Shown piece by piece: positions 8,910 through 18,077 of a stretch of DNA of 18,690 nt. Under the pieces are notes generated by a model. It saw only the letters and a program-made list of their open reading frames with translations, was not told the DNA's origin and searched no databases. This DNA comes from an uncultured bacterium (GTDB lineage Bacteria > Hydrothermota > UBA3073 > NMUJ01). The stretch spans positions 1-18,690 of the forward strand of contig CBFDTI010000022.1 in NCBI GenBank assembly GCA_965612795.1, in the 5' to 3' direction. Position numbers and translations under genes: made by a program. Numbering within the stretch: the first letter of the stretch is position 1; every line of letters begins with the position of its first letter.

Positions 8910-10094
8910 TCACTTAATGAGCATCCTGTAGATTAGAGACCTGTGAAATTCATTGAATAATTGTCGGCCTTCGGGGTGCTCGAAAAACACGGATTCAACG
9001 TAGTTTGATATGAAAACCAGTGCCGTACCCATGAAGAAACCCAACACCATAGAGAGCCCTATGATCAACACTTTGCGAGGCTTACCCCTGGTGGGTACTA
9101 CAGGATAATCTAACACCTCTACAAGTGGCCGCTGTTGCGTCTCATAAAATTTGGCACGTTCGTAGGCACTTCGTACGAATTCATAGAGTGACCTATACAC
9201 ACGTACCTCCGTCTCCAATCTTGCATATTGTAAACTGATTTCCGGCAGCTCCGAAAGAGGTGCAGCGAACCCGGGGCCAAATAGATTCTCACCCCCCCTT
9301 TCTTCCATCTCATTTAGCTTATTAGCCAGTGCTTCTGCTTTCGCTTCTAACTCCTTTATACTTGCTGTGTGAGGTGTAGCGTATCGTTTGAGCATCTCAA
9401 GCTCAACCTTGGTTGACAAGTATTCACTCTTAAGGTCGCTTATCTTTTGCACAACTTTCTCTAACTCAACCGGCAACTTAACAGTTTTATGCTTCTCCTG
9501 AAATGTCTTGAGTTGCTCTTCCGCCTGATCCAATGCATGCTTTACTTCATCCAGCTTACTTTTTAGAAATTTGCTCACACCCATACCAAGATTTTCGAGC
9601 GACTCCTGTAGTGCACGAAACGTTTCGCTCAATAACGATTGTGCTATATTATACGAGAGTTTTGGATCATTTGTGACAACATTCACCTCGAGCATACCAC
9701 TTTCGTTTATTTTGACTTTTATGCGATCGAGTAACGACTCGTAACAATCTTCGCGTGTCCTCTTTCCCAATACTTCAACGAGGTCCAAACTATCTATCAC
9801 AGCATAGATCACCCTCCTCGAGAGTACAAAATCCTTTATGAAAGCGGAAGGTTCGCCTCCCAGATAGAAACCACCACTCTGCATAGAAACTTGTACAAGT
9901 GCAGCCCATAGTTCTTGGCCCGGCACATTTGTTGCTACAGGTGGTAGGAGTTTGAACCCGGACGTATAGTTACGTGGCATCACGAATGCCAGTATTATGC
10001 CGATAAAAATGAACCCTATAAATGTGAAACTTAGAATATATCCCTTCTTGTAAAAAATTCGAATCGCATCCCTCAATCCATAGTCTTTCTCCAT
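8910..10094 (-). CDS. Polysaccharide co-polymerase / chain-length determinant (Wzz/GumC-like), without a kinase domain
   Basis: N-terminal TM followed by P..Y.S..KLLPP, a long coiled-coil region, then VLDYPVVP..KPRK and a Gly-rich C-terminal TM. Confidence 0.85.
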   Translation of the reverse strand: MEKDYGLRDAIRIFYKKGYILSFTFIGFIFIGIILAFVMPRNYTSGFKLLPPVATNVPGQELWAALVQVSMQSGGFYLGGEPSAFIKDFVLSRRVIYAVIDSLDLVEVLGKRTREDCYESLLDRIKVKINESGMLEVNVVTNDPKLSYNIAQSLLSETFRALQESLENLGMGVSKFLKSKLDEVKHALDQAEEQLKTFQEKHKTVKLPVELEKVVQKISDLKSEYLSTKVELEMLKRYATPHTASIKELEAKAEALANKLNEMEERGGENLFGPGFAAPLSELPEISLQYARLETEVRVYRSLYEFVRSAYERAKFYETQQRPLVEVLDYPVVPTRGKPRKVLIIGLSMVLGFFMGTALVFISNYVESVFFEHPEGRQLFNEFHRSLIYRMLIK

Positions 10095-10103
10095 TATTCT
10101 AAG

Positions 10104-10943
10104 TTATGTATCACGCCCCTGTGTCAATATCGAAATACGCCACCTATGGATTGCATCACGCCAATCTGGCATCCTAATCTTATTCGACCCGAGTGCCGAG
10201 AATTTGGGTCTTCTAGCTACGAGGTTCAATTCTGCCAACTCAACAGGTACAACTTCACCGTTTATGTTCAACACCTCCACAAGGTGTTTTGCGAATTCAT
10301 AACATGATACATAGCCCGAGTTGGCGCAATGGAATAGGCCTGGCTCCATGTTGCTCAGTATATCTTTGATCATATTTGCAGCATCATTTACATATGTGGG
10401 ACTTATCACCACATCACGTGCCATACGTACATAACCCTTATCTCTTAGTTGGGTGATAATCTTATCCACGAGCGTCTTATGCTTACCCTTACCACCAAAT
10501 ATTGCACTTGTACGGATTATATAGTATCTATGTGCGTATTGACAAACGATACGCTCACCCATGAATTTCGACAACCCATATATGTTAATTGGGTTAGGAC
10601 GATCGTCTTCCAGATAAGGTGTACCCTTTTCACCATCAAACACATAGTCCGTACTCACGAATACGAGTGTAGCATTCAATCTATTACATACATCGGCTAA
10701 ATATTTGAGTGCAACCGTATTCACAAGAAAAGCTCTATCAGGATGTAGCTCACACAAATCAGTGGGATGGTATACAGCCGCATTAATCACAATGGTGGGG
10801 TTCAACTTCATCAACACAGATGTTACACTCGTCGGGTTCGTTATATCTAACATCTGGTGCGTTAACGGTATACTGTTTGTACCGAAGACGTTTACCAATT
10901 CCTTACCCAATCTGCCCGTCGCCCCTATTATAGCGACTTTCAT
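10104..10943 (-). CDS. rfbD: dTDP-4-dehydrorhamnose reductase
   Basis: GATGRLG Rossmann motif, VSTDYVFDG, catalytic YGLSK, SPTY, ARRPKFSAL. Confidence 0.9.
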   Translation of the reverse strand: MKVAIIGATGRLGKELVNVFGTNSIPLTHQMLDITNPTSVTSVLMKLNPTIVINAAVYHPTDLCELHPDRAFLVNTVALKYLADVCNRLNATLVFVSTDYVFDGEKGTPYLEDDRPNPINIYGLSKFMGERIVCQYAHRYYIIRTSAIFGGKGKHKTLVDKIITQLRDKGYVRMARDVVISPTYVNDAANMIKDILSNMEPGLFHCANSGYVSCYEFAKHLVEVLNINGEVVPVELAELNLVARRPKFSALGSNKIRMPDWRDAIHRWRISILTQGRDT

Positions 10944-10949
10944 GTTGCT

Positions 10950-10976
10950 ATAATAACCCTACATATATAGTGTCAA
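10950..10976 (-). promoter_or_regulatory. Putative promoter for the rfbD-wzz-wzx unit
   Basis: On the - strand: perfect TTGACA (10976-10971), N15, TATTAT (10955-10950), 6 nt, ATG. Confidence 0.7.
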
Positions 10977-10982
10977 TCTCTA

Positions 10983-11009
10983 TTGTGGATAGATTGTTCG
11001 CTATATCTT
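10983..11009 (+). promoter_or_regulatory. Putative promoter for the geranylgeranyl reductase gene
   Basis: TTGTGG (10983-10988), N15, TATCTT (11004-11009), 8 nt, ATG at 11018. The -35 box is weak. Confidence 0.45.
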
Positions 11010-11017
11010 TAGTTAAC

Positions 11018-12166
11018 ATGAGCAGCAAACCATACGAAGTCATCGTGGTAGGTGGTGGCCCAATAGGTTCAGTGCTATCAAGGCGTTTAGCCCAACATGG
11101 CTTACGGGTGCTACTCGTTGAGCGACGTTCAAGCTTCAACTCACCCTTTCGTTGTGCCGGCCTTATAAGTCCAAGATGTTTGAAATTATCAGGTTTAGGT
11201 AAGGAAGTAGTGCTACGTGAAATCCGTGGCGGCTATATTTACGCACCTAATGGTTATAGTATCCAAGTGGAGTCAAACACTCCCAAACTCTATGTGATCG
11301 ATCGACCCAGATTCGATAAGTTACTTATTGAGCGTGCTGCTGATACAGGTGTAGATGTGTGGTTAGGCTGCAAGGTTGTAAGACTTGAGAATAATAAAGT
11401 ATGGGTAGAACGACACGGAAGTTATACCACTGTAACGGGTAGGCTCATAGTAGGTGCAGACGGTGCCAACAGTAAAGTTGCAAGATGGGCAGGTTTTCCA
11501 CCGATACATAATGTGTTAATCGGCCTACAAACCGTAGTCCCCTATCGTCCCAAAAGGGAGGATTTTGTAGAAATCTTCCTTGGTAGATCGATAGCACCTA
11601 ATTTTTTTGCCTGGATTGTACCAGCTGAAGAGGGGTTGGCAAGGGTAGGTCTTGCCACCGACAGAATAGGGGCTGGCTACCACTATTTCATGAATTTCAT
11701 GAAGACCCGTAACCTACAGCCACAAAACATACGGAGCGGACTCATCCCTATCGAAACGAGACATAGGTTCGTACAGGGTAATGTACTGCTTATCGGTGAT
11801 GCTGCCGGTCAGGTGAAACCCACCTCTGGTGGTGGCATATATCCCGGGTTGATAGCCACTAAATTGGCTACAAAAGTGATCGTCCGCTACATTAGCGAGA
11901 GATTATCCGAAAGGTACCTCACCACCTACGAGAAATGGTGGCGTTCAACAATCGGTAGTGAACTGAAAAAGGGCTCCCTGCTACGGAAGGTACTGAATCT
12001 GTTTGATGACAACATTCTGAACCATATCTTTAAGATGCTAGACCATCCACACATATTGCGATTGATAGCAGATTATGGGGATGTGGATTACCCAAGTCGG
12101 GTGGTACGAAAGTTGTTACAGCATCCTGCGGTTTGGCTACAATCGTTACCTTTTAGGGGTAACTAA
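11018..12166 (+). CDS. Geranylgeranyl reductase-family FAD-dependent oxidoreductase
   Basis: VVGGGPIG FAD-binding motif, RCAGLIS, IDRPRFDKLL, VGADGANS, FFAWIVP, LIGDAAGQVKPTSGGGIY. Start placed at ATG 11018; the track's GTG at 10970 lies within the rfbD promoter. Confidence 0.88.
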   Translation: MSSKPYEVIVVGGGPIGSVLSRRLAQHGLRVLLVERRSSFNSPFRCAGLISPRCLKLSGLGKEVVLREIRGGYIYAPNGYSIQVESNTPKLYVIDRPRFDKLLIERAADTGVDVWLGCKVVRLENNKVWVERHGSYTTVTGRLIVGADGANSKVARWAGFPPIHNVLIGLQTVVPYRPKREDFVEIFLGRSIAPNFFAWIVPAEEGLARVGLATDRIGAGYHYFMNFMKTRNLQPQNIRSGLIPIETRHRFVQGNVLLIGDAAGQVKPTSGGGIYPGLIATKLATKVIVRYISERLSERYLTTYEKWWRSTIGSELKKGSLLRKVLNLFDDNILNHIFKMLDHPHILRLIADYGDVDYPSRVVRKLLQHPAVWLQSLPFRGN

Positions 12167-12181
12167 TAACCTATAAATGAC

Positions 12182-12209
12182 TTGAACTTCACCTATCTTG
12201 TAGTATATT
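12182..12209 (+). promoter_or_regulatory. Putative promoter for cmk-plsC-mutS
   Basis: TTGAAC (12182-12187), N16, TATATT (12204-12209), 5 nt, ATG at 12215. Confidence 0.6.
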
Positions 12210-12214
12210 TAAAA

Positions 12215-12901
12215 ATGCATTTTGTTATAACAATTGATGGTACTGCCGCTTCTGGTAAAAGTACAACCGCGATAGGGGTAGCAGAAAGGTTGGGCTTATT
12301 TTATATTGACAGCGGTGCCATGTATCGTGGTGTAGCGCTCGCCGTATTACGTGCAGGTATCGACATAACCGACCGTCAAGCTATCGCTAATCTAGCACAT
12401 AAACTTAAATTCGATTTCAAAATAGAAGACGGCAAACTAAGGGTCTTTATGAACGGCGAAGATATATCAGACATTATACGGGGGTCGGAAATATCTGAAC
12501 TCTCCTCGGTAATTGCGACATACCCTGAAGTACGTAAAGTCCTGGTCGCTATGCAACGTGAGCTCAGCAAACGTGGTAACACAATATGTGAAGGTCGTGA
12601 TATGGGTACGGTTGTCTTCCCTGATGCAGCTATCAAGATTTACATGGATGCATCGCTCGAAGAGCGTGCACGCCGTAGGTTGAAAGATCTTCAACGTAAA
12701 GGGGAAAAGGTTACCCTTGAGGAGATAATAACAAGATTAAGACAGCGTGACGAACGCGACAAAACCAGAGAACATAGTCCATTGAAGCCAGCACCTGATG
12801 CCATCCATATAGATACCACAAATTTGACCATCGAGGAGGAGATAAACAAAGTTGTGGATATAATAAGACGTAGACTCAAGAAGGATGAAGCTCCGCTATA
12901 G
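12215..12901 (+). CDS. cmk: Cytidylate kinase
   Basis: ITIDGTAASGKST, IDSGAMYR, EGRDMGTVVFPDA, RDERDKTREHSPL, IDTT. The likely start is ATG 12215; the track's TTG at 12182 is the -35 box. Confidence 0.95.
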   Translation: MHFVITIDGTAASGKSTTAIGVAERLGLFYIDSGAMYRGVALAVLRAGIDITDRQAIANLAHKLKFDFKIEDGKLRVFMNGEDISDIIRGSEISELSSVIATYPEVRKVLVAMQRELSKRGNTICEGRDMGTVVFPDAAIKIYMDASLEERARRRLKDLQRKGEKVTLEEIITRLRQRDERDKTREHSPLKPAPDAIHIDTTNLTIEEEINKVVDIIRRRLKKDEAPL

Positions 12902-13517
12902 GATAGCAGCCTTCACAATTAGAACAGTATGGAAAATATTTTTTGGCCTACGCATAGAGGGTATTGAGAACATACCACCGAAAGGTAGGTTAATAGTTGC
13001 AGCTAATCATAGATCAAATTATGATCCGCCACTCATCGGGGCAGCTGCAGGTACACGACGTGAACTTTTCTATTTCGCCAAACTGGGGCTATTTACACCA
13101 AGTAAATGGTTTGCATGGCTGATACGGAGTTTCAATGCATACCCTGTAGATACAAGGAAATTCGATCTACCCGCATTACGTAAAACTGGCCAGCTACTGG
13201 GGTGTGAGCTAGCATTGCTTTACTTCCCCGAAGGTACACGTAACAGGACGCCGCTCGATTTTTTACCAGCGAAACCTGGGCTCGGCTATATTGCCAAGAA
13301 ATACAAGACCCCCATATTGCCAACCCTTATCATAGGTACAAATATACCATTGTGGCGGTTAGCCTTACAGCGGGGTAAGGTTAAAGTAATCTTTGGCAAG
13401 TTAATAGATGCTAAGCTACTTGACCAATTTCCCGACAATAAACAAGGTTACATAGCGATAAGCCAGCTCGTCATGGACAGGATCAAGGAAATGTATATCC
13501 GTGAGACACAGCATTAA
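12885..13517 (+). CDS. plsC: 1-acyl-sn-glycerol-3-phosphate acyltransferase (lysophospholipid acyltransferase)
   Basis: NHRSNYDPP (HX4D), FAK..LF, FPEGTR. Follows cmk, a common arrangement. Confidence 0.88.
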   Translation: MKLRYRIAAFTIRTVWKIFFGLRIEGIENIPPKGRLIVAANHRSNYDPPLIGAAAGTRRELFYFAKLGLFTPSKWFAWLIRSFNAYPVDTRKFDLPALRKTGQLLGCELALLYFPEGTRNRTPLDFLPAKPGLGYIAKKYKTPILPTLIIGTNIPLWRLALQRGKVKVIFGKLIDAKLLDQFPDNKQGYIAISQLVMDRIKEMYIRETQH

Positions 13518-16054
13518 TGAAAGAAGCAGGCCTCACCCCCCTCCTTCATCAATATAAGCGTATAAAGGCAAAATACCCTGACGCTATACTGTTGTTCAGG
13601 GTAGGTGATTTCTACGAAACTTTCTATGAGGATGCCAAAATTGCCTCAAAAGTGCTAGGCATCGTATTAACTCAACGTCAAGAAGGTGTACCACTTGCAG
13701 GTGTACCTTACCATGCAGTTGAGCCTTACATTGCCAAGTTGGTACGTGCTGGCTACAAAGTGGCGATATGTGAGCAACTGGAAGAACCCAAACCTGGCAA
13801 ATTAGTACGTCGTGACGTTGTAGAAGTGATAACACCAGGGACATTGCTCGAGCCCCAGCTATTAAAAGAAAGGCAACCCAACTACTTGATGGCACTTGTC
13901 GAAGATCGTAACATGTGGGGGGTTGCCACAATCGACATATCAACTGGCGAATTTAGGGTAACAGAGATAGAAGCCGGTCACATAAAGGATGAAGTACAAA
14001 AGTTTCAACCCAGTGAGATTATAATCCCGCAAAGCATGACGAATATACCGGATTTTCTTAAGTCGTACAATCTCACTACAATCGATGATATCAACTTTGA
14101 TAGCGAGCTCGCCAACACGGAGCTATGCCGTCATTTCAATGTACAATCAGTTGATGGGTTTGGGCTCACCGATATGCCGCTCGCAATACGTGCAGCAGGT
14201 GCAGCCTTACACTATGTCAAGGAGACCAAAAAACATACCCTCGACTACATCTCCAGTATAAAACCATACAGAGTACAGGACTTTATGTTTATCGATAGTT
14301 TCACCAGACGCAACCTTGAGCTTACCGAAAAGATAACCGGTGAATACGAAGGCTCATTGCTGTCGGTATTAGACGAAACCTGTACCCCCATGGGAGCACG
14401 GTTGATGCGTGAGTATGTGCTATCACCATTACTTGATCTGAACCATATCCGTAAACGGTTAGATGCAGTACAGGTGCTGTACGATGCACCCACGTTGTTA
14501 ACGAAATTGCGCTCGATATTGGCCAAATTGCCTGACATGCAGCGCCTCATATCACGTATAAATGTTGGTAGAGCTAACCCACGCGAACTGCAGGGATTGA
14601 AACGCTCCATAATGCTGTTACCGAAGATAAATGAATTGCTACCCCAAAGTTTAAGCGAGTGGAAGGTTACCAGTTTACATGAAGTGGCAGATATTATTGA
14701 CAAAACATTGGTGGAAGACCCACCTACTAAAATCACCGAGGGCGGCTTGATAAAAGAGGGTGCAAATGCGGAGCTTGACGAGTTACGTCAGGTTGTGCGT
14801 GAAGGTAAGAACTGGATCGCACAGCTTGAAGCCCGTGAACGCATACGTACAGGTATAGAATCACTGAAGGTTGGATACAATTCAGTGTTCGGCTACTATA
14901 TTGAGGTGACGAAACCTAACCTCCATAAAGTGCCTAAGGATTACATCCGTAAGCAGACGCTCGTCAATGCGGAGAGGTTCATCACACCTGAATTGAAGGA
15001 ATATGAAAGCAAAGTATTACATGCAGAAGATAGAATAAAGGACCTAGAGTATAAACTTTACAACGAGTTACGTAAGGAGGTTGCCAAGTACACTACATTG
15101 ATACAAGAGGTTGCACAAAAGTTGGCCGAACTCGATGTACTGGCATCGCTCGCTTATGTAGCACGAAAATATAATTACGTGCGACCAGAATTTCACGAAG
15201 CTGACAGAATTGAAATAATAGGTGGGCGTCATCCAGTGGTTGAGCACCAACTGAAGGAAGGTGAATTTGTGCCCAACGATTTAATGTTTGACGAGTGGCA
15301 TCGCATACTTATTGTTACTGGACCTAACATGTCGGGTAAATCCACATATCTACGGCAGGCTGCACTCATATTAATTATGGCACAGATGGGGTCATTTGTA
15401 CCTGCAGAAAGTGCACACCTACGTATTGTGGATCGCATTTTTACAAGGATAGGTGCATCCGACGACATCACACGTGGGGTATCGACCTTCTTAGCTGAGA
15501 TGAACGAAACTGCCAACATCTTACACAACGCTACTGAACGTAGCCTTATAATACTGGATGAAATCGGCCGTGGCACCAGTACGTTCGATGGGCTAGCTAT
15601 CGCTTGGGCAGTCGTTGAATACATAGCACGAAATATTAAAGCATGCACATTATTTGCCACACATTACCATGAACTTACGAGGTTGGCTGATATGATACCT
15701 ATTGTCAAGAATTTCTATGTAGAGGCTAAACGTTACAAAAATCAGATAATTTTCCTACACAGGGTGAAACCCGGCAGTAGTGACGAAAGCTATGGTGTGG
15801 ATGTAGCAAGATTGGCTGGCCTACCGAAATCGGTCATCCAGCGTGCAAAAGAAATATTGCGACACCTTGAGTACGAGGAGAAACGGCAGGTTCTTAAGAA
15901 GATATTGAAATCAACACAGGTTTCGCTATTCGATGCACTTGAAGAAAGTGAACACCCGATAATCACAAAACTTAAGGCAGTGGATGTCAACAAACTCACA
16001 CCCATAGATGCATTATTACTTATTAGGGAGCTCAAGGAGAATCTAGATCGATAA
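13517..16054 (+). CDS. mutS: DNA mismatch repair protein MutS (MutS1)
   Basis: LLFRVGDFYETF mismatch-binding motif, GPNMSGKSTYLRQ, DEIGRGTSTFDG, FATHYHEL, SYGVDVARLAGLP, and a clamp-binding-like QVSLF near the C-terminus. Confidence 0.97.
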   Translation: MKEAGLTPLLHQYKRIKAKYPDAILLFRVGDFYETFYEDAKIASKVLGIVLTQRQEGVPLAGVPYHAVEPYIAKLVRAGYKVAICEQLEEPKPGKLVRRDVVEVITPGTLLEPQLLKERQPNYLMALVEDRNMWGVATIDISTGEFRVTEIEAGHIKDEVQKFQPSEIIIPQSMTNIPDFLKSYNLTTIDDINFDSELANTELCRHFNVQSVDGFGLTDMPLAIRAAGAALHYVKETKKHTLDYISSIKPYRVQDFMFIDSFTRRNLELTEKITGEYEGSLLSVLDETCTPMGARLMREYVLSPLLDLNHIRKRLDAVQVLYDAPTLLTKLRSILAKLPDMQRLISRINVGRANPRELQGLKRSIMLLPKINELLPQSLSEWKVTSLHEVADIIDKTLVEDPPTKITEGGLIKEGANAELDELRQVVREGKNWIAQLEARERIRTGIESLKVGYNSVFGYYIEVTKPNLHKVPKDYIRKQTLVNAERFITPELKEYESKVLHAEDRIKDLEYKLYNELRKEVAKYTTLIQEVAQKLAELDVLASLAYVARKYNYVRPEFHEADRIEIIGGRHPVVEHQLKEGEFVPNDLMFDEWHRILIVTGPNMSGKSTYLRQAALILIMAQMGSFVPAESAHLRIVDRIFTRIGASDDITRGVSTFLAEMNETANILHNATERSLIILDEIGRGTSTFDGLAIAWAVVEYIARNIKACTLFATHYHELTRLADMIPIVKNFYVEAKRYKNQIIFLHRVKPGSSDESYGVDVARLAGLPKSVIQRAKEILRHLEYEEKRQVLKKILKSTQVSLFDALEESEHPIITKLKAVDVNKLTPIDALLLIRELKENLDR

Positions 16055-17783
16055 TACTATCGAGGTGAAACTCTTCCTTTAAGACGTTTTTCATGAATTT
16101 CCTAACTTCAATCGCATTCTTCATATCGAGTACTTTCTCTGCGATAGCTTTCGTCTCCTTATAGGAAAGGTGGCGAATTATTTCTTTTGTCTCGAGTAGA
16201 AATCTAGGGGCTACCGAAAGTTCGTCCACCCCCAGCCCTATCAGTATAGGTATCGCCATGGGATCGTGTGCCATCTCACCACATACGCCTACCCATGAGT
16301 GAGCTGCATGGCCGGCGATTATTACGTTTTTCACCAACCTGAGAAGTGCCGGATGTAATGGATCGTACAGATCTGACACATATGGATTATTTCTATCGAC
16401 CGCCATCGTGTATTGAGTAAGGTCGTTCGTCCCTATTGAGAAAAACTTCACCTCCTGTGCCAACACCTCTGCCATTATCGCAGAAGCTGGTGTCTCGATC
16501 ATCACACCTATATCAATATTTTCGTCAAATTCTACATTTTCGTTACGCAGGTCGCGCTTGATTTTGTTTAACAATTTCTTCACCTCGAGCACTTCTTCCA
16601 CAGTGGTCACCATCGGTATCATGATCTTAACGTTCCCTCTACGTGAAGCCCTAAGTATTGCCCTCAATTGCGTACGTAGTAGCTTCTTTTCTTTCAACAA
16701 CAATCTTATAGCACGCCAGCCCAGAAATGGATTATCCTCACGTACGTATGGTGCTAATTTATCCGCCCCTATATCGAACGTACGTATGATGACCGAACCC
16801 GGATATATCTTGTCAGCTATATCACTGTAGATGTTGAACTGCTGCTCCTCATCTAACATATCCTCCAAAAATATGAACTCCGTACGCAGTAGACCTATAC
16901 CTTCGGCATTAAATTCTATGGCAGGTTTGACTTCCGCAGGTAGATTTATATTCGCACATAACTCTATATTCCTACCATCTATCGTAACTGGTGGTAAGTC
17001 TTTAACATCGACCAGCTTATCGTGCAGCTGCGAGTAATACTTCATTTTAGCTTCATAAGTTCTAAGCGTAGACTCATCCGGCTCCAGTATGATAAGCCCC
17101 TTGTAGCCATCCAATATCGCAAGCTGTCCATCCCTCACGTAGCGCATTAGATCTTTTATCCCCACGACTACTGGTATGTCGAAGGTTTGTGCAAGTATTG
17201 CCAGATGTGATGTCATCCCACCATGCGATAATGCTAACCCCTTTATCTTGTTACGTGGTATTTGTGCCACCTCAAAAGTTGACAGAAATGGTGCTACTAA
17301 GATCTTACCTTCCGGTATCGAAGCAAGTGTATCATCCTTACCCATAAGTTTTTTCAAAATCTTTCGTGCCACCTCTTCAAGCAACACCCCCCTTTGTCTA
17401 ACAGCGACACTGGATGCCTGTTCAAACATACGCAACTTATGGGCTACCACTTTCTGTAATGCGTATTCGGCGTTACGACTTTCATTTTCGATAATTTTCT
17501 GTGCCCCCTCAAGGAGCCACGGTTCTTCCAGTAAAGCATAGGATACCTCGAAGATACGTGCAGAGTATGGATCGTTCTCCTTCTCGAATATCGACTGTAA
17601 TGCTTTCAGCTCTTGTTTTACACCATCTATAGCGGTTGATAATCTGCGGATTTCGGCTTGCTTTTCGGGTTCACGCAAAATATAGAAGGGGAGCACTTCA
17701 TTTTCATAACCAGGGTAAATTATGATGGAACCTATTTCAATACCTTCAGCAACCTTCACACCTCGTAATATCCTATTCTTCAT
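16032..17783 (-). CDS. ptsI: Phosphoenolpyruvate-protein phosphotransferase (PTS Enzyme I)
   Basis: GGMTSHLAIL (phospho-His), AEGIGLLRTE, EDNPFLGWRAIR, MIETPAS, FSIGTNDLTQY, VGVCGEMA (catalytic Cys). Start is ATG 17783 or TTG 17786. Confidence 0.96.
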   Translation of the reverse strand: MKNRILRGVKVAEGIEIGSIIIYPGYENEVLPFYILREPEKQAEIRRLSTAIDGVKQELKALQSIFEKENDPYSARIFEVSYALLEEPWLLEGAQKIIENESRNAEYALQKVVAHKLRMFEQASSVAVRQRGVLLEEVARKILKKLMGKDDTLASIPEGKILVAPFLSTFEVAQIPRNKIKGLALSHGGMTSHLAILAQTFDIPVVVGIKDLMRYVRDGQLAILDGYKGLIILEPDESTLRTYEAKMKYYSQLHDKLVDVKDLPPVTIDGRNIELCANINLPAEVKPAIEFNAEGIGLLRTEFIFLEDMLDEEQQFNIYSDIADKIYPGSVIIRTFDIGADKLAPYVREDNPFLGWRAIRLLLKEKKLLRTQLRAILRASRRGNVKIMIPMVTTVEEVLEVKKLLNKIKRDLRNENVEFDENIDIGVMIETPASAIMAEVLAQEVKFFSIGTNDLTQYTMAVDRNNPYVSDLYDPLHPALLRLVKNVIIAGHAAHSWVGVCGEMAHDPMAIPILIGLGVDELSVAPRFLLETKEIIRHLSYKETKAIAEKVLDMKNAIEVRKFMKNVLKEEFHLDSIIDLDSP

Positions 17784-18042
17784 CAAATTTCCTCTCCTCT
17801 ATCAACTTACGTAGCGCTTCTATTGCTTCTTTTTCGTCGGGGCCGTCGGCTCTCAACGTGAGCACCGACCCCTGTGGTGCCTCCAGCAGCAATATATCGA
17901 GGATACTTTTGGCATCAACTTCAAACCCATCCTTAACCAGCAATACCTTAGATTTGTACTTTTTAGCTGTCTGGCTTATTAAAGTAGCCGGTCGTGCATG
18001 TATGCCAAGACAATTTCTGATTTTAACCTGCTGTTCTATCAT
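17773..18042 (-). CDS. ptsH: Phosphocarrier protein HPr
   Basis: GIHARPA (His15) and VDAKSILDIL (regulatory Ser46 equivalent); 89 aa. Confidence 0.95.
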   Translation of the reverse strand: MIEQQVKIRNCLGIHARPATLISQTAKKYKSKVLLVKDGFEVDAKSILDILLLEAPQGSVLTLRADGPDEKEAIEALRKLIEERKFDEE

Positions 18043-18048
18043 CCTCTA

Positions 18049-18076
18049 AACTTAAAGCATAACAGCAGATAGTCAA
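18049..18076 (-). promoter_or_regulatory. Putative promoter for ptsH-ptsI
   Basis: On the - strand: TTGACT (18076-18071), N16, TAAGTT (18054-18049), 6 nt, ATG. Confidence 0.6.
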
Positions 18077-18077
18077 C

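Noticed and set aside
8522..9298. Two C7 (coding-strand G7) tracts in wzx (8522-8528) and the co-polymerase gene (9292-9298) as phase-variation sites
   Set aside because: Seven bases is short for slipped-strand switching, both frames are intact, and both overlap Gly-Gly codons.
13596..16035. Several 60-163 aa antisense ORFs inside mutS
   Set aside because: They are shadow ORFs of a conserved gene, with no recognisable motifs or expression signals.
16558..18049. Plus-strand ORFs opposite ptsI and ptsH
   Set aside because: They are antisense shadows with Ser-rich, non-protein-like composition.
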